Source of the DNA: Heptranchias perlo
Lineage: Eukaryota
Assembly: GCF_035084215.1 (NCBI RefSeq)
Contig: NC_090358.1
Location: 6,386,001 to 6,450,000 of the forward strand
Length of the DNA stretch: 64,000 bases
Direction of reading: 5' to 3'
In this document: positions 39,201 to 51,469 of the stretch, in pieces
How positions within the stretch are numbered: position 1 is the stretch's first letter
Layout: every line of letters begins with the position of its first letter
Position numbers and translations under genes: made by a program
Notes under the pieces: model-generated
What the model was told of the DNA's origin: nothing
What the model saw: the letters and a program-made list of their open reading frames with translations, nothing else
The model's database searches: none

Positions 39201-41887
39201 ACCACTCACATACAAGAAACAAATAGGTGCACCCAAAGTCAGACCAGCAACGGAAACAATGCATTAAGTGCAAAGTTTTTAAATACACTGATTTAGATGC
39301 AGAGCTAAGTTATGCAACTATACAGTGTCAAATTGTAGGCTGCATATCCCCTTCTTGCTTCAAGTGTTTGAAAAGGACTCAACTGGATCATGATGTAGCC
39401 CCTAAGTTACAATACAAATAGATAATTGCTCTGACCTAAAGTAAGTTTAAACTTGGAACTAAAGAAACACACTACAAACTCTGGAGGAGTTATTTCACAG
39501 GGCCTTTGTGTGATTGTGCCTCACGTGTCTCAAGTCTCATCCATTTCCCTAGACTGTAAATAACTAAAGATTCACACATTTCGCGTTAAAGCATTTTTTT
39601 TAAAAAAAAGTTTAACCAAACAAATCACCCCCCTCCCACACTAAAAAAAATACATCTGACCTAATGAAAAAAACACAAACCATCCATCATAAGGCATCAC
39701 TAACGGGGCTGATTTGCAGAAACACACACCAACAAATCTGCAGTGTGGAGATTAATATTTGGGAATTGCAATTATATACATATATACATTTTTTAAAAAT
39801 TAATGAAAATCCACACATACGCCTGGAACAGGAAAGGCACACGCCCGCAAATCTTATGCGTGGTTATATAATGAGCGACCCCCAGTTGATGGGGGGGGGG
39901 GGGAGGGAGGACCCGGGTGACATTGATTGCCGGCTGCTCGCGATAGAACGCCGAATGTTGCCGCTGCGAAGTTGCAGAGTTCGATGGAATCCCCGGCGGG
40001 TTCCAAATTCCAAATTCGAACCATCAAAACAAACAATCGCTACATCGCGTTCCACACAATCGGCAACACCACAAAATGGCAGCCGGGGGGGGGCAAGCAA
40101 GGAGGCAAACTTTACAAGGGTTTTTTTTTAATATAATGACTTAATACGAACATCAATATTTACCTCCCCCTCCCCCCCCCACACACACACCTCTCTTTTA
40201 AAATCAATAAGAGCTTCTGAAACCAAATTAGAGGAAAACATTTGCTCCGCTGAGGAACTGATCCCAATCCTCTCCCAACAGTAAGAATCTTCTCGAGGTG
40301 GAAAAGAGCTGATGGGCTCGATTTCCCCAATGACGTAACCTTACTGTATTTTTGTCCTTGCGATTCCCCCCTCCCCCGCCGTTACCTTTCCCTGGCTCCA
40401 CCATCGCACCGACAGTGTTTACACACAATCCGTATTATTAATGTCGCTCCCTCCCGAACCCCTCCCTCCTCCACGACCAGGTAATAAAAGCCCTTGGAAA
40501 GCACGGTATTTAGATTCTTCATTTCGGTTTCCAAGCCCTTAATAAAATGGCGGCCGTCCTACTTCTGCTGGGTCGGATCTGCCAACGCGGTACAAAGTTC
40601 CAAAGTTGGCCCCAATTTCTCAAATGGGACCGATGCAGATTTTTTTTTTTAAAAAAATAATTAACACTTGCATTTCTCCGCTCCTTCCCCAAAGCACTGC
40701 ACTTAATGTCCTTTTTAAACCATCACTTAAACTGCAAGCCCAACTAATAAAACCACCCTCCCCTTTTTCGGTGACTACCAACGTTACAAACAGATGAATT
40801 GAGGAAACGCACGGCTATTCGTACTCCCCCCTCCCATTGTAAACCTGCTGGATATCGTCCGCAACCAGATAATTTAGGAATCGAGGTATGAAAAATATTA
40901 AAACACTTCCAATAATCTTCCATATAATTATGGTAATACTTTTAATACACTCGGTAATTTAAATACCCCATTTTTCCCCCCCTTTAAAAAAAATAAGCAT
41001 GTTCAGTAACCAGATCAAAAGTGTTTAAAATAAGTTTGGTCACAGTCGAGGCTTCTCGAGTTTATAATCTTTCGAACGGTGAAATCTGCACGTTTCAGTT
41101 TTAAAACCTACGTCTCCTGTGTATTTTAAACATATTTACAGTATCCAAAATGATCTACACCAGGCTCTCATGCGCGCGTAATGCAGATTCATGTCAAACA
41201 GCAACTATTTTCGTCCCACAAGGTCTTTCGCTTATTTTAAAGATTTTATTTCCAAAGTTAAAAGAACTAGAAGCTAAAAAAAAAACCTCCAAAATTAATT
41301 AAGAGATTAACCTCAACCACATCTTCCTCTTAACCTCGGTTTGTTGTTCATTATTAAGAGTATTTTGTTATTTAGAAAAATATCCGAGAATGGGCGCGTT
41401 CATGACTATGAAGTTGCAAATATGGCTCCCCATTCTCCCTCACTTGATCACCGGTAGGAATATCTCGTTTTATCTTTAATTACTGAAGTTTCTTTCACGC
41501 GTTTTACAAACTTCAAACATTCCGCTATTTTTTTTAAAAGGAAAAAAAGTTTGCCAAGCTTCAGCAATATTAAGTAATCAGCTTCAGATGCACTCTTGCA
41601 AAACTCTTGGTGCATTTCATCCAATCCAGTCAGCTTCACTGGGGTTACAAACCTTTGCTGGTTACACTACTTTAAATTTAAATATAAAACACAAAAAAAA
41701 AATACACACCCACACACATTATTAAAATAAAGATAAAATATTCTTCACATTTCCAACAAGATTCCTGGGAAGGCAGGTAGGGGAAATGCTCCATTTATAA
41801 ACAGACAGGACCTCACATCAACTACTTTTCCCCTAAAAACTAATTTTTAAAAAAAGTATAGAAGTTTTTTTAAGAAAAAAATCTTAC

Positions 41888-41941
41888 ATCTGAAGGCGTC
41901 CTATTCCGTAGCTCTAAATGAATTCTTTTCTTCATATCCAT
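41888..41941 (-). CDS. ANP32A: ANP32A coding exon 1 (MDMKKRIHLELRNRTPSD)
   Basis: ATG at 41941-41939; 54 nt; donor GAT|GTAAGA; matches the ANP32-family N-terminus. Confidence 0.96.
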
Positions 41942-42360
41942 CTTTGCCACCAAGGCTGATTTACAATATGAAGACAAACGCTGGTGACTAAAATGCTGTT
42001 TCACACAGGGAGAGATCTGGCTTGCAATACAAGCTAACGCCACTACACCGCCGAGCCAACCCAACTTGATAACTAACTCCAGGGGGGGGCGGGGATTCGG
42101 CCCGCTTGATGGACGTGCCCGTTCACCAATAAGATCCCACGGTGGCCCGTCGGCCCAAGGGCTCCGCCAATAGCGGAGAGGAGAAGTCGTCGGGGGCGGG
42201 AGCTCGAAGCTGTTAAGTTCGGTTGCAGCCAGGATTTTCAATGCATTAAATGGCCCTTCGCAGCCCAAGCAAAAGCACGGTGGCAAATGGCGTCTTTTAA
42301 TGTGGGTGTAAAAAAGGGGGGAGCCCAGCGTTCTCTTATTTCACAAAAGCCCGCCATTCC
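41942..42360 (-). promoter_or_regulatory. ANP32A 5' UTR and CpG-rich proximal promoter
   Basis: GC boxes (GGGCGGGG ~42087, GGGCGGG ~42193), CCAAT at 42126 and ~42167, YY1-like AAATGGCG ~42285 and GCCGCCATT ~42349; CpG-rich. Confidence 0.75.
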
Positions 42361-43164
42361 AGTGAAACTGTATTTTTAATCGATGCTCCGACCAATCTTT
42401 TTCTATAATAAACTCAACACGTGTATGTGTATATATATATATATATATATATAGCAACGTGAATTACAACTTAAAAAAAGATTAAAAGTAGTACAACCAA
42501 AAATGTTTTAAGTTCCTTACTGTGGAAGTTCAGCTTTTGTAAGGTTTTTTCGCGATATACATGATTTGAATTGAGAAACATACAAAATAGCATTAAAACA
42601 AGACACCAAACAAATACAGCTACAGAAATCCCCCATTAATAAAGTCCAAAACATTTTTGTAATTTAAAAAAAGGCTAATTGGGGGGAGGAGGCGAAATAC
42701 AAACTCACATCACGTGGCGTATGTTTATTTTTTTTAAGTTGTCTAAAACTAATCCTCAATTGAAAAAACAAATTAAAATCTATGGAAAAATAATATACAC
42801 ATTAATGCAAGTCTTCAAAATACACAGCACCCAAACAGCCTCTTACTATACACAACAAAATGGAAGGGCATTGTCATGTCATGAGAAATACAAGTCAATG
42901 TCCTTCTACTGTGGTTCTCCATTAGCATGCAAAAAATTTAATTACCTTATAGTCCAATCATTGTGAAAATAAATACTTTTAAGTGCAAATTTCAAATCAT
43001 TATCATTGAAACCGCCACGTATGCATATATTTGCAACTATTGTACATATGCACACGAGCAAATCTAAGTGCATTAAATTTTAATGTGCGTCACTCGCAAT
43101 TTTTAACTACAAGTTCAGGGGGGGGGGGGGGGGGGGGAATTAAACATAACTTCACGGGAAATAC

Positions 43165-43390
43165 TCTCCGTTGAGTGACGTGCCAAACAATCAATGAGAG
43201 AGTAGGGTTTATGATTGACATGTCGAACGCCCAATTAGATTGCGGCCCGCTTGATTGACAGCGGGAAAGAGCCAATCGCCAAGAGAGAAAAGGGCGGGAT
43301 AGGCACAGCAACCGTCGAACCCGGCGACAACAAATGTAACACACAAAAAGATACAGCGGGTCACGTGTGCGCGCGGGCGCCATCTTACTC
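43165..43390. promoter_or_regulatory. Second promoter-like block with PBX/PREP decamer + CCAAT modules, GC box, E-box and YY1 site
   Basis: TGAGTGAC 43172, TGATTGAC 43212, TGATTGACAG 43252, each followed by a CAAT box; GGGCGGG ~43291; GTCACGTG ~43360; CGCCATCTT ~43378. Confidence 0.7.
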
Positions 43391-44806
43391 AAAACATTTT
43401 TTACAATAAAATAGCGAATTTCACAACATAAAACCTTTCAATTCTTTATGCAAGTTATCAAATAAATCAAGTGGTATTACCTACTGCTCATGGGCGCTCT
43501 CTGCCGAGCTCCATTGCCGCGCTAGAGGCACAGAAATGGTGGAGAACGAGTAACTACGCAACAGTTTCTCGGTCTGCTGCAACGCGGCATGGCCGTCTTT
43601 GTAAACGTGCATTTGTTTTTTTTTTGCAAAAAAAAAAGCAGAGAGAGCAAAAAAAAAAATAATTCAATCATATTCAGTAATGGTTTGCAATAATAGCGTC
43701 TTCTTGTCAAACTTTCGCGACAGCTGGAGTTTGCAGCGAACCCCTTTTTTAGGTTTTTTTTTTGCACAATATTTTTAATTCCTTGCGCGGATCACCTCAA
43801 TTTTTTTTCGGCTGCTGGGGTGTGTCACCAGGCGGCCCCTCGACCGAGTTTGCTGTTTTGCCAGCGACTGCGTGCATCGTGTGCGCAAATGATGGGGTTT
43901 AAGCTATTCTTTAAACCGTCTCTACAATGCACTGCATTCGCATTACTCCAACCCCCCCTCTAGCAACCATTGACCGCTCTCGCCTCTTACCCTCCCAGCA
44001 TTGTTTAGTTATATAGACGTGCAGCATTTTCTTTCATAATTTGTATAATTTTAATCTGGGGTTTTTTTTTTAAAAAAACGAACGAATAACATTGCATGAT
44101 TTGTAATGACAACTATTTTTTTTAAATCAACTTGTTGCAAAAAAAAATATGAACAAACTGTTACTTTTAACACCAGTCTATTTCAGGTTGGTTTCATTTC
44201 AAATCGCACTGATAAAAGATTCTTAAAATACGTTGACGCGCTTGCACCCATATATGGAATGAATCTGCACATGCATTAAATACTATTGAAGTTGGAGGAG
44301 ATGCTGTGTTGTGCGCCATAAACCTTAAATGTCTTGGAGATGCTTGGGTGACAGAACGAGTGCGAAAAAAAAAGTGTAGTTTAGCACTGTGTACAAATAA
44401 TGAATGCTTTTAGCCTTACTCTGCTGAATAAAGCAAGATGTAAAAAGATTAAGAAATGCTTCCAAGCAAGGGTAAAGGAAACCAATTTTAACAGAGCAAC
44501 ATTTTTTAAAATATGTTTTGGTTGTATGCCTGTTTTAATGGTACGGTCAAGAATTACTAATTTCTGTTGAAAAATATGATTTACTTTTGACGCATGTCAC
44601 TCTTAACCATACATATCTTAATTTCTTTAAATGGGTTTGTAATCAGCCTCTAATTGGAAATCTCACTCAATGCTGACAGCTAGACAGCAACAAATACACA
44701 TTAGAGGAGATGGGGAGAGTGCACAGTGGGATGATCAGGGTTCAGTGTTGGGGCCACTATTGTTTCTCATTTATATCAATGACCTAGACTCAAAAACCCG
44801 GTGCAA

Positions 44807-45928
44807 AAGGTTAAATCTCACGGGATCCAAGGTGAGGTAGCCAATTGGATACAAAAATGGATTGACGACAGAAGACAGAGGGTGGTTGTAGAGGGTTGTT
44901 TTTCAAACTGGAGGCCTGTGACCAGCGGTGTGCCTCAGGGATCGGTGCTGGGTCCGCTGTTATTTATATTAGTGATTTGGATGAGAATTTAGGAGGCATG
45001 GTTAGTAAGTTTGTAGATGACACCAAGATTGGTGGCATTGTGGACAGTGAAGAAGATTATCTAGGATTGCAACGGGATCTTGATAAATTGGGCCAGTGGG
45101 CCGATGAATGGCAGATGGAGTTTAATTTAGATAAATGTGAGGTGATGCATTTTGGTAGATCGAATCGGGCCAGGACCTACTCCGTTAATGGTAGGGCGTT
45201 GGGGAGAGTTATAGAACAAAGAGATCTAGGAGTACAGGTTCATAGCTCCTTGAAAGTGGAGTCACAGGTGGATAGGGTGGTGAAGAAGGCATTCAGCATG
45301 CTTGGTTTCATTGGTCAGAACATTGAATACAGGAGTTGGGATGTCTTGTTGAAGTTGTACAAGACATTAGTAAGGCCACACTTGGAGTACTGTGTACAGT
45401 TCTGGTCACCCTATTATAGAAAGGATATTATTAAACTAGAAAGAGTGCAGAAAAGATTTACTAGGATGCTACCGGGACTTGATGGTTTGACTTATAGGGA
45501 GAGGTTGGATAGACTGAGACTTTTTTCCCTGGAGAGTAGGAGGTTTAGGGGTGATCTTATAGAAGTCTATAAAATAATGAGGGGCATAGATAAGGTCGAT
45601 AGTCAAAATCTTTTCCCAAAGGTAGGGGAGTCTATAACGAGGGGGCATAGATTTAAGGTGAGAGGGGAGAGATACAAAAGGGTCCAGAGGGGCAATTTTT
45701 TCACTCAAAGGGTGGTGAGTGTCTGGAACGAGCTGCCAGAGGCAGTAGTAGAGGCGGGTACAATTTTGTCTTTTAAAAAGCATTTGGACAGTTACATGGG
45801 TAAGATGGGTATAGAGGGATATGGGCCAAGTGCAGGCAATTGGGACTAGCTTGGTGGTATAAACTGGGCGACATGGACATGTTGGGCCGAAGGGCCTGTT
45901 TCCATGTTGTAAACTTCTATGATTCTAT
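44807..45928 (+). mobile_element. 5'-truncated copy of the same young CR1 subfamily, frameshifted
   Basis: Near-identical to ~24545-25675; small deletion near 44960 splits the ORF; FADD changed to FVDD; ATTCTAT tail; AAAAG on both sides. Confidence 0.93.
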
Positions 45929-46514
45929 AAAAGTGGTCACATTTTCTGATGATGCTAAACCGGGAGGGGCAGTGGAATCAGAGGAAGCAGCTCAGAAATT
46001 AGAGTGAATTGGACAAAATAAATCTGTGGACAGTTCAATGGTGGATGACATTTAATGTGGACAGGTGCAAAGTACTGCACATAGGAAGGAAAAATAAGCA
46101 AATACTCCTTCAATGGTGTTGAAATAGCTATGGTTGAAATGTTCCACTCATAGTGGACTTGATACTTAACATGCACAACTAATGTAAAGCAGCAATTAAC
46201 AAAACAAATAACATGTTAAATTACATAGCCAAAACGTTAAATATATGTCACAGAAAATTGTGATCAAAATGTAGTGTTCTGATCAGACCACACCTTTATT
46301 ACTGCATTCAGTTCTGGTCACTGAGACTAAACTAAAGCTCACAATCTCAAGTTATGTAAAGGCGGAACGAGGTTGGATGTTAGGAGCTGTTTCTTTTCCC
46401 AGAGAACATTGCCGGCTCGTGCGGTGAACGCTGATTCACTGCATTCCTTCAAACGAGAGCTGGAACTGTTTCTGGCTGGGGCAGAGATCACCTCATACAA
46501 GAGGTAGGTATTGC

Positions 46515-46945
46515 ATAGAATTACTTAGAGTCTACAGCACAGAAACAGGTCATTTGATGTTTAATGCACCACACAAGCCTCCTCCCACCCATCTTCATCC
46601 AACCCCATTAGCATATCCTTCTATTCCTTTCTTCCTCATGTGTTTATCTAGCATCCCCTTAAATGCGTCTATGCTATTCGCTTCAATACTCCTTGTGGTA
46701 GCGAATTCCACATTCTTACCACTCTTTGGGTAAAAGTTTCTCCTGAATTCCCTATTGGATTTATTGGAGACTATCTTATATTTATGTCTCCTAGTTTTGG
46801 TTCCCCCCCCCAACAAGTGGAAACATCTTCTCTATGTCTACCCTATCAAACCTCTTCATAATTTTAAAGACCTCTATCAGGTCAACCCTCAGCCTGATAA
46901 GTATATCCTCTCAGTTCTGGTATCATCCTTGTGAATCTTTTTTGC
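46515..46945 (-). mobile_element. CR1 3' fragment
   Basis: ORF 46595..46816 TRRHKYKIVSNKSNREFRRNF; same subfamily as 8140-8745. Confidence 0.85.
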
Positions 46946-47104
46946 AGTACTGTACAACATTAATCAGGGTCAGAGTGGTCTCCCGGACTAGTTTGACTGC
47001 TTAAGGAGGTTAGGAGAGGAATTTTCGAAATTTTGTTTTCCTAATTGGCCTGGGTTTTTATCTGGATTTTCGCCTCTTCCCAGATGGCATCATTTGAAAA
47101 CACA

Positions 47105-48040
47105 TCAGGTTCCACATGTTCGCTGATGACCCCCAGCTCTACCTCACCACCACCTCCCTTGACCCCTCCACTGTCTCTGATTTGTTCCATAAGATGAGCA
47201 AAAGTTTCCTCCAACTAAGTATTGGGAAGACCGAAGCCATTGTCCTCGGTCCCTGACATGAACTCCGTTCCCTACCACCGACTCCATCCCTCTCCCTGGC
47301 CACTGTCTGAGGCTGAACCAGACCGTTCGCAACCTTGGCATCCTAGTTGACCCTGAAATGAGCTTCTGACCACATATCCGCTCCATCACCAAGACTGTCT
47401 ACTTCCACCTCCGTAAAATCGTCCGTCAACCTAAAAATGACCTGTTTATTCCTATTCTCTGTTTTCAGTCCGCTAACTAATCCTCAATCCATGCTAATAT
47501 ATTACCCCCAGACAGGCGATGTTGTGGAGTTGAAAGTAGGCAGTCTTGGTGATAGAGCGGATATGTGGTCAGAAGCTCATTTCAGGGTCAAAAAGGACGC
47601 CAACGTTGTGAATGGTCTGGTTCCTATTACCAAAGATAAGGGCCCTTTTAGTAAATACACCCATCCCTATCTCTGTAACCTTCTCCAGCCCTACAACCCT
47701 CCAAGATCTCTGCACTCCTCCAATTCTTGCCTCTTGCACATCCCCGATTATAATCGCTCCACCATTGGCAGCCGTGCCTTCAGCTGCCTAGACCCTAAGC
47801 TCTGGAATTCCTAAATCTCTAAATCCCTGGAATCCCTAAATCTCTCCGCCTCCACATCTCTCTCTCCTCCTTTAAGATGCTCCTTAAAACCTACCTCTTT
47901 GACCAAGCTTTTGGTCACGTGTCCAAATATCTCCTTACATGGCTCGGTGTCAAATTTTGTTTGATAACGTTCCTGTGATGTACCTTGGGACATTTTACTA
48001 CGTAAAAGGCACTATATAAATGCAAATTGTTGTTGTTGTG
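47105..48040 (+). mobile_element. L2-clade LINE fragments with an internal inverted segment (47515-47625)
   Basis: MFADDPQLY relic at ~47116; GSRAFSCLDPKLWNS; tail AAATGCAAATTGTTGTTG. Confidence 0.8.
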
Positions 48041-50217
48041 ATTACATGGCACTGGTGGGTGGAGAGTGTATATATTGTGATGCACAAGACACTACATTTG
48101 TGTGAAACAGGCTGTATGGACCAGCATGTCTTTTCCTGTTTGTCATTTGTCATATGAGACACATTGGAGACGGTGCAGAGAAGAGCCAAGAGGCTGACCT
48201 CTAGTATCAGGGGTCCAAGTCATGAGGAAAGACTGGAAAAACTTGGGATGATGACTAAAGAATGCAATTTCCATTTTTATTACAGGAGATTATCATTATT
48301 CTAGGGATAATATTTTCTGATTCCATCCATTTTTCTGTGAAAAGCACAAATCAGTGACCTTGATAATGATATATATTTAATAAGTTCTTCTGATGGTTTA
48401 GGTGGTAAGTGTATTGCCTGATGTGGTATTGAGCCACCCAGGACAGAAGGCATCAAATCTGATTTCTAGTTTTTTGATAAGTCAGTCAGTGCAGGACATA
48501 GGGTACCACATTTAGCTCGAGCACCCTTGGGCTAGGGAAGGGAAAATCAGTTAGATGTTCCCAACTGTGGTCCAACAGTGTTGTCCTATAGAAATTGCTG
48601 ACTAGTTACAGGTGTGGCTACAGCGACACCGTTTTAGCCGCATGCACTAATTTTAGTAGCAAACGCCTTACATACACTCACACAATACAGGTAAATGTAC
48701 TTCATATGTGTATATTTATTTAACAAACATCTACCAATATTCTGTAACCAAGGAAGCAAAGCACTCCACAATAATCAAAAAATACTCGCACCCTCTGCTT
48801 TTTGATGTAACATTTTACCAGCAAATACACAAAATGGTGTCTAGTACTCATTTTTTATTTACTAATCAGAAATGCAATTAGCCACATCTGGATTCCCAAT
48901 TATCCAAAGGTGCCTAGTGGCTAACATATTGGGCAACACTGGTATAGCACGTGCAAGATACATATTCAGACGGCCTGTGATGGAAAATGCATGTGTACAG
49001 AGTGAAGGCAGGATCAGATAAGGTATGGAATAGCCTGTTAACACTAACTATCAAATACATACAGAATGACCACGTGGATGAAGTACTGGGAGATCGCTGG
49101 TGCGACAAGTAAAATTTTGTATTTGAAATCTTGCACTGCTTATTTATTTTGTAACTAGTAAATTGCCTGTAGGCATTGCCCATGGTTGCAGGGATTTGTA
49201 GAGATAACTGTATGGGTAAGTTTAATAATTTTGTTGTGAATTATTTCTGATGTTATAAATGCTTCAAATGTTATTTATCTGGGTATAAACTGGGTTGGCT
49301 GAGAATCAAGATCGGCACCAAAACCAAACATGTTGGAATAAAATCTTTCGAGTGATCGGACTGGCTTGTTTTCTTGTGCTGCCTGGTTACTGATTTGTGG
49401 CTGTTTCCTACCTGTGTACTAAAAGGAAGTGATGATTGGTTCATTTTGGAAAGGGTGATTGCTTAATTTTGCAGTTGTTGCTGCTTGCTGATTGATAACT
49501 GTTTCCAGTTTGAAAATAGATTTTGCCCAACAGCAATGTTCACTTAACAGATAGTGGTTTGGTCTTTTATCAATATGTCACAGCTAATTATATATATTTT
49601 TTTGTCCTATGGATACGTCTGAGGTGTAATGGCAACATTTGAGATGCGACATTCCCTTTAGTGATTGATGAGCTAAGGACATGATCTATATGCAAAACTG
49701 TTATATATACTAGACAGGTCTCTTGTGATGTTGCTCATGGTAAGTCAGAGGATACACTGTTTTATAAATACACGACTTTAATACCCTGTGACGCACAATG
49801 TATTAACATGCTCCTAAGGTGGAGCTATATTCAAGTGTGATGTGCCAAGCAAGTGTTCTCCTGGGAAATTGAGGCAATGCCCCTCCCGTCTCATTGGTAT
49901 TTCTGCGAGTTGCCTGTGCCTCTGTCCCCACCTTAGCCTTTGTATTTATGGGAAGTCCCATAATTAAAGAGGCTAAGTGAAAGGGGCGGTGACCCGGTGA
50001 AATGGGCCCCTGCCTCTTCTTTTTAACCTTCACGCCCAGGGAAATGTGCGTTTCACGGGGCAAAGGTCAGGAAAGTTGGCCTCTTCATTTTTAGATAGAT
50101 ATAGAGATAGCTAAGTAGCTCGATAGATTGATGTTTGGTCCTGATATATATCTATATTACATTTTGTACATGGAGCCACATTCCATTCTATGTAAACCAC
50201 CCTTTATGGGAAATGAC

Positions 50218-50622
50218 ATGGTTGCAAATAGTGACACCACTAATCCCGGCCAGGTTAGAGATGATTGCGTAATTCCCCCGTCAATCACGCCTAGAGACCA
50301 CACTGCTATAAGTGACTGGAAATGATTTTATGCACATAATTTGTATGCAACTATCCTCCTCTCACTGCATTTTGCTGGAGAAATCACCCTGCTTTTATCG
50401 GGAGAAGTTGCTGTAGTTCCAGAGTTTGTTGAGACTCTTTTTAAGTAGACTCTGTGGACTGTTTGCAATAGTACGCTGTTTAAATAGACATTGTTTGCTT
50501 TGCTGTTTGCTGTGTAAATAGATCTTGTTAGCTGTACAATAGATTGTTTGCTGTGAGTCCTGCGTTAGTCCTGCCCCGCCTCCAACACATTGGCTGGCAC
50601 AATGGTGTCAATGAACACTCTG
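50218..50622 (-). repeat. ~400-bp inverted repeat, left arm
   Basis: Reverse complement of 55331-55748, e.g. CTCACTGCATTTTGCTGGAGAAA, CCTGCTTTTATCGGGAGA, AGTGACACCACTA. Confidence 0.88.
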
Positions 50623-51058
50623 AAATTTCATTATAAAAGTACCCACATTTTTTGCAATTACCTGTGATACCTTCAGGTGGTGCTGTGATGGAAGCTTCAA
50701 TGTTAAGAGATGTCAAGCCTTGCCTATCCGATACTAACCCCTGTTTTACTGAGTAACCCACAGAGTATTCATATCTATCTTTTAAATCACTCAAAATGCT
50801 TTCTGAAAAAGATGTCATCTGCCATATTTTTCTCAGTAACTGAAAACTATGTCCAAATTAAGGGCTGAATCAAAATTTAAAAAACAAAAATATATATTTC
50901 ACAATAACACAATTAAATTTATCTCCTGATTTTTAAAAAATCTATTAATTCCTTCATTTTACTTTAAAGCCTCATCCTCTCCCAAAATTGGGATGTAAAC
51001 TTGATCATTGTTTTTTGCCCAGAGCTGTGACATTGCTGGCTGAATTCAAATTGTGCAG

Positions 51059-51469
51059 TGTAAGATATAGCCTCGAACGGCTAAGCATCCCAACAAGCTT
51101 TTCCAACAGGCCAAGAAGTCCTTGATTAGATCTAGCAAGCTATCAATCTCCCACAATAGCTAGACTGAAAAGAATACGAACAACAAGATAAGGCAAGGTA
51201 TAAAACAATACAAGAAGTTCCAAATATTGAGGCAGAGAAGGAAGAGTCCTGATGTCAACACTCCTCCCAGCAGAACTGGGTAATATTGTTTCTGTTGCAT
51301 TAATCGCTGTAACTTGTTGAAGTACTAGGCCGTTCTTGAGCGTAAGGATTGTGCTTTGCCAGTAAGTCAGCTTGTTAACTCCGTGATTGCTGTGTCTTCT
51401 TTTAAACCTATTAATAAAATATACTCGCTACACGCCATGTTGGTTTGGTCTCCTTCAGAATCTCTTACA
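51059..51469 (+). mobile_element. Solo LTR (Gypsy/ERV-type)
   Basis: TG...CA ends with 7-bp inverted termini TGTAAGA/TCTTACA, 4-bp TSD GCAG (51055-51058, 51470-51473), internal TATAAAA ~51198 and AATAAA ~51413. Confidence 0.85.

Larger units (their letters stand above)
44730..48250 (+). mobile_element. Old fragmented CR1 hosting nested insertions (pieces ~44730-44805, ~45929-46325, ~48160-48250)
   Basis: Degenerate [17 protein letters not shown], then FSDD, CIQFWS and LETVQRRA in collinear order. Confidence 0.7.

Noticed and set aside
41870-42286. 138-aa ORF suggesting an N-terminally extended ANP32A
   Set aside because: Starts at a non-ATG codon and runs through promoter motifs; the conserved start is at 41941
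43090-43392. 100-aa minus-strand ORF with strong Kozak (AAGATGGCG)
   Set aside because: The ATG is part of a YY1 motif and the ORF crosses promoter motifs and a poly-G run; no homology recognised
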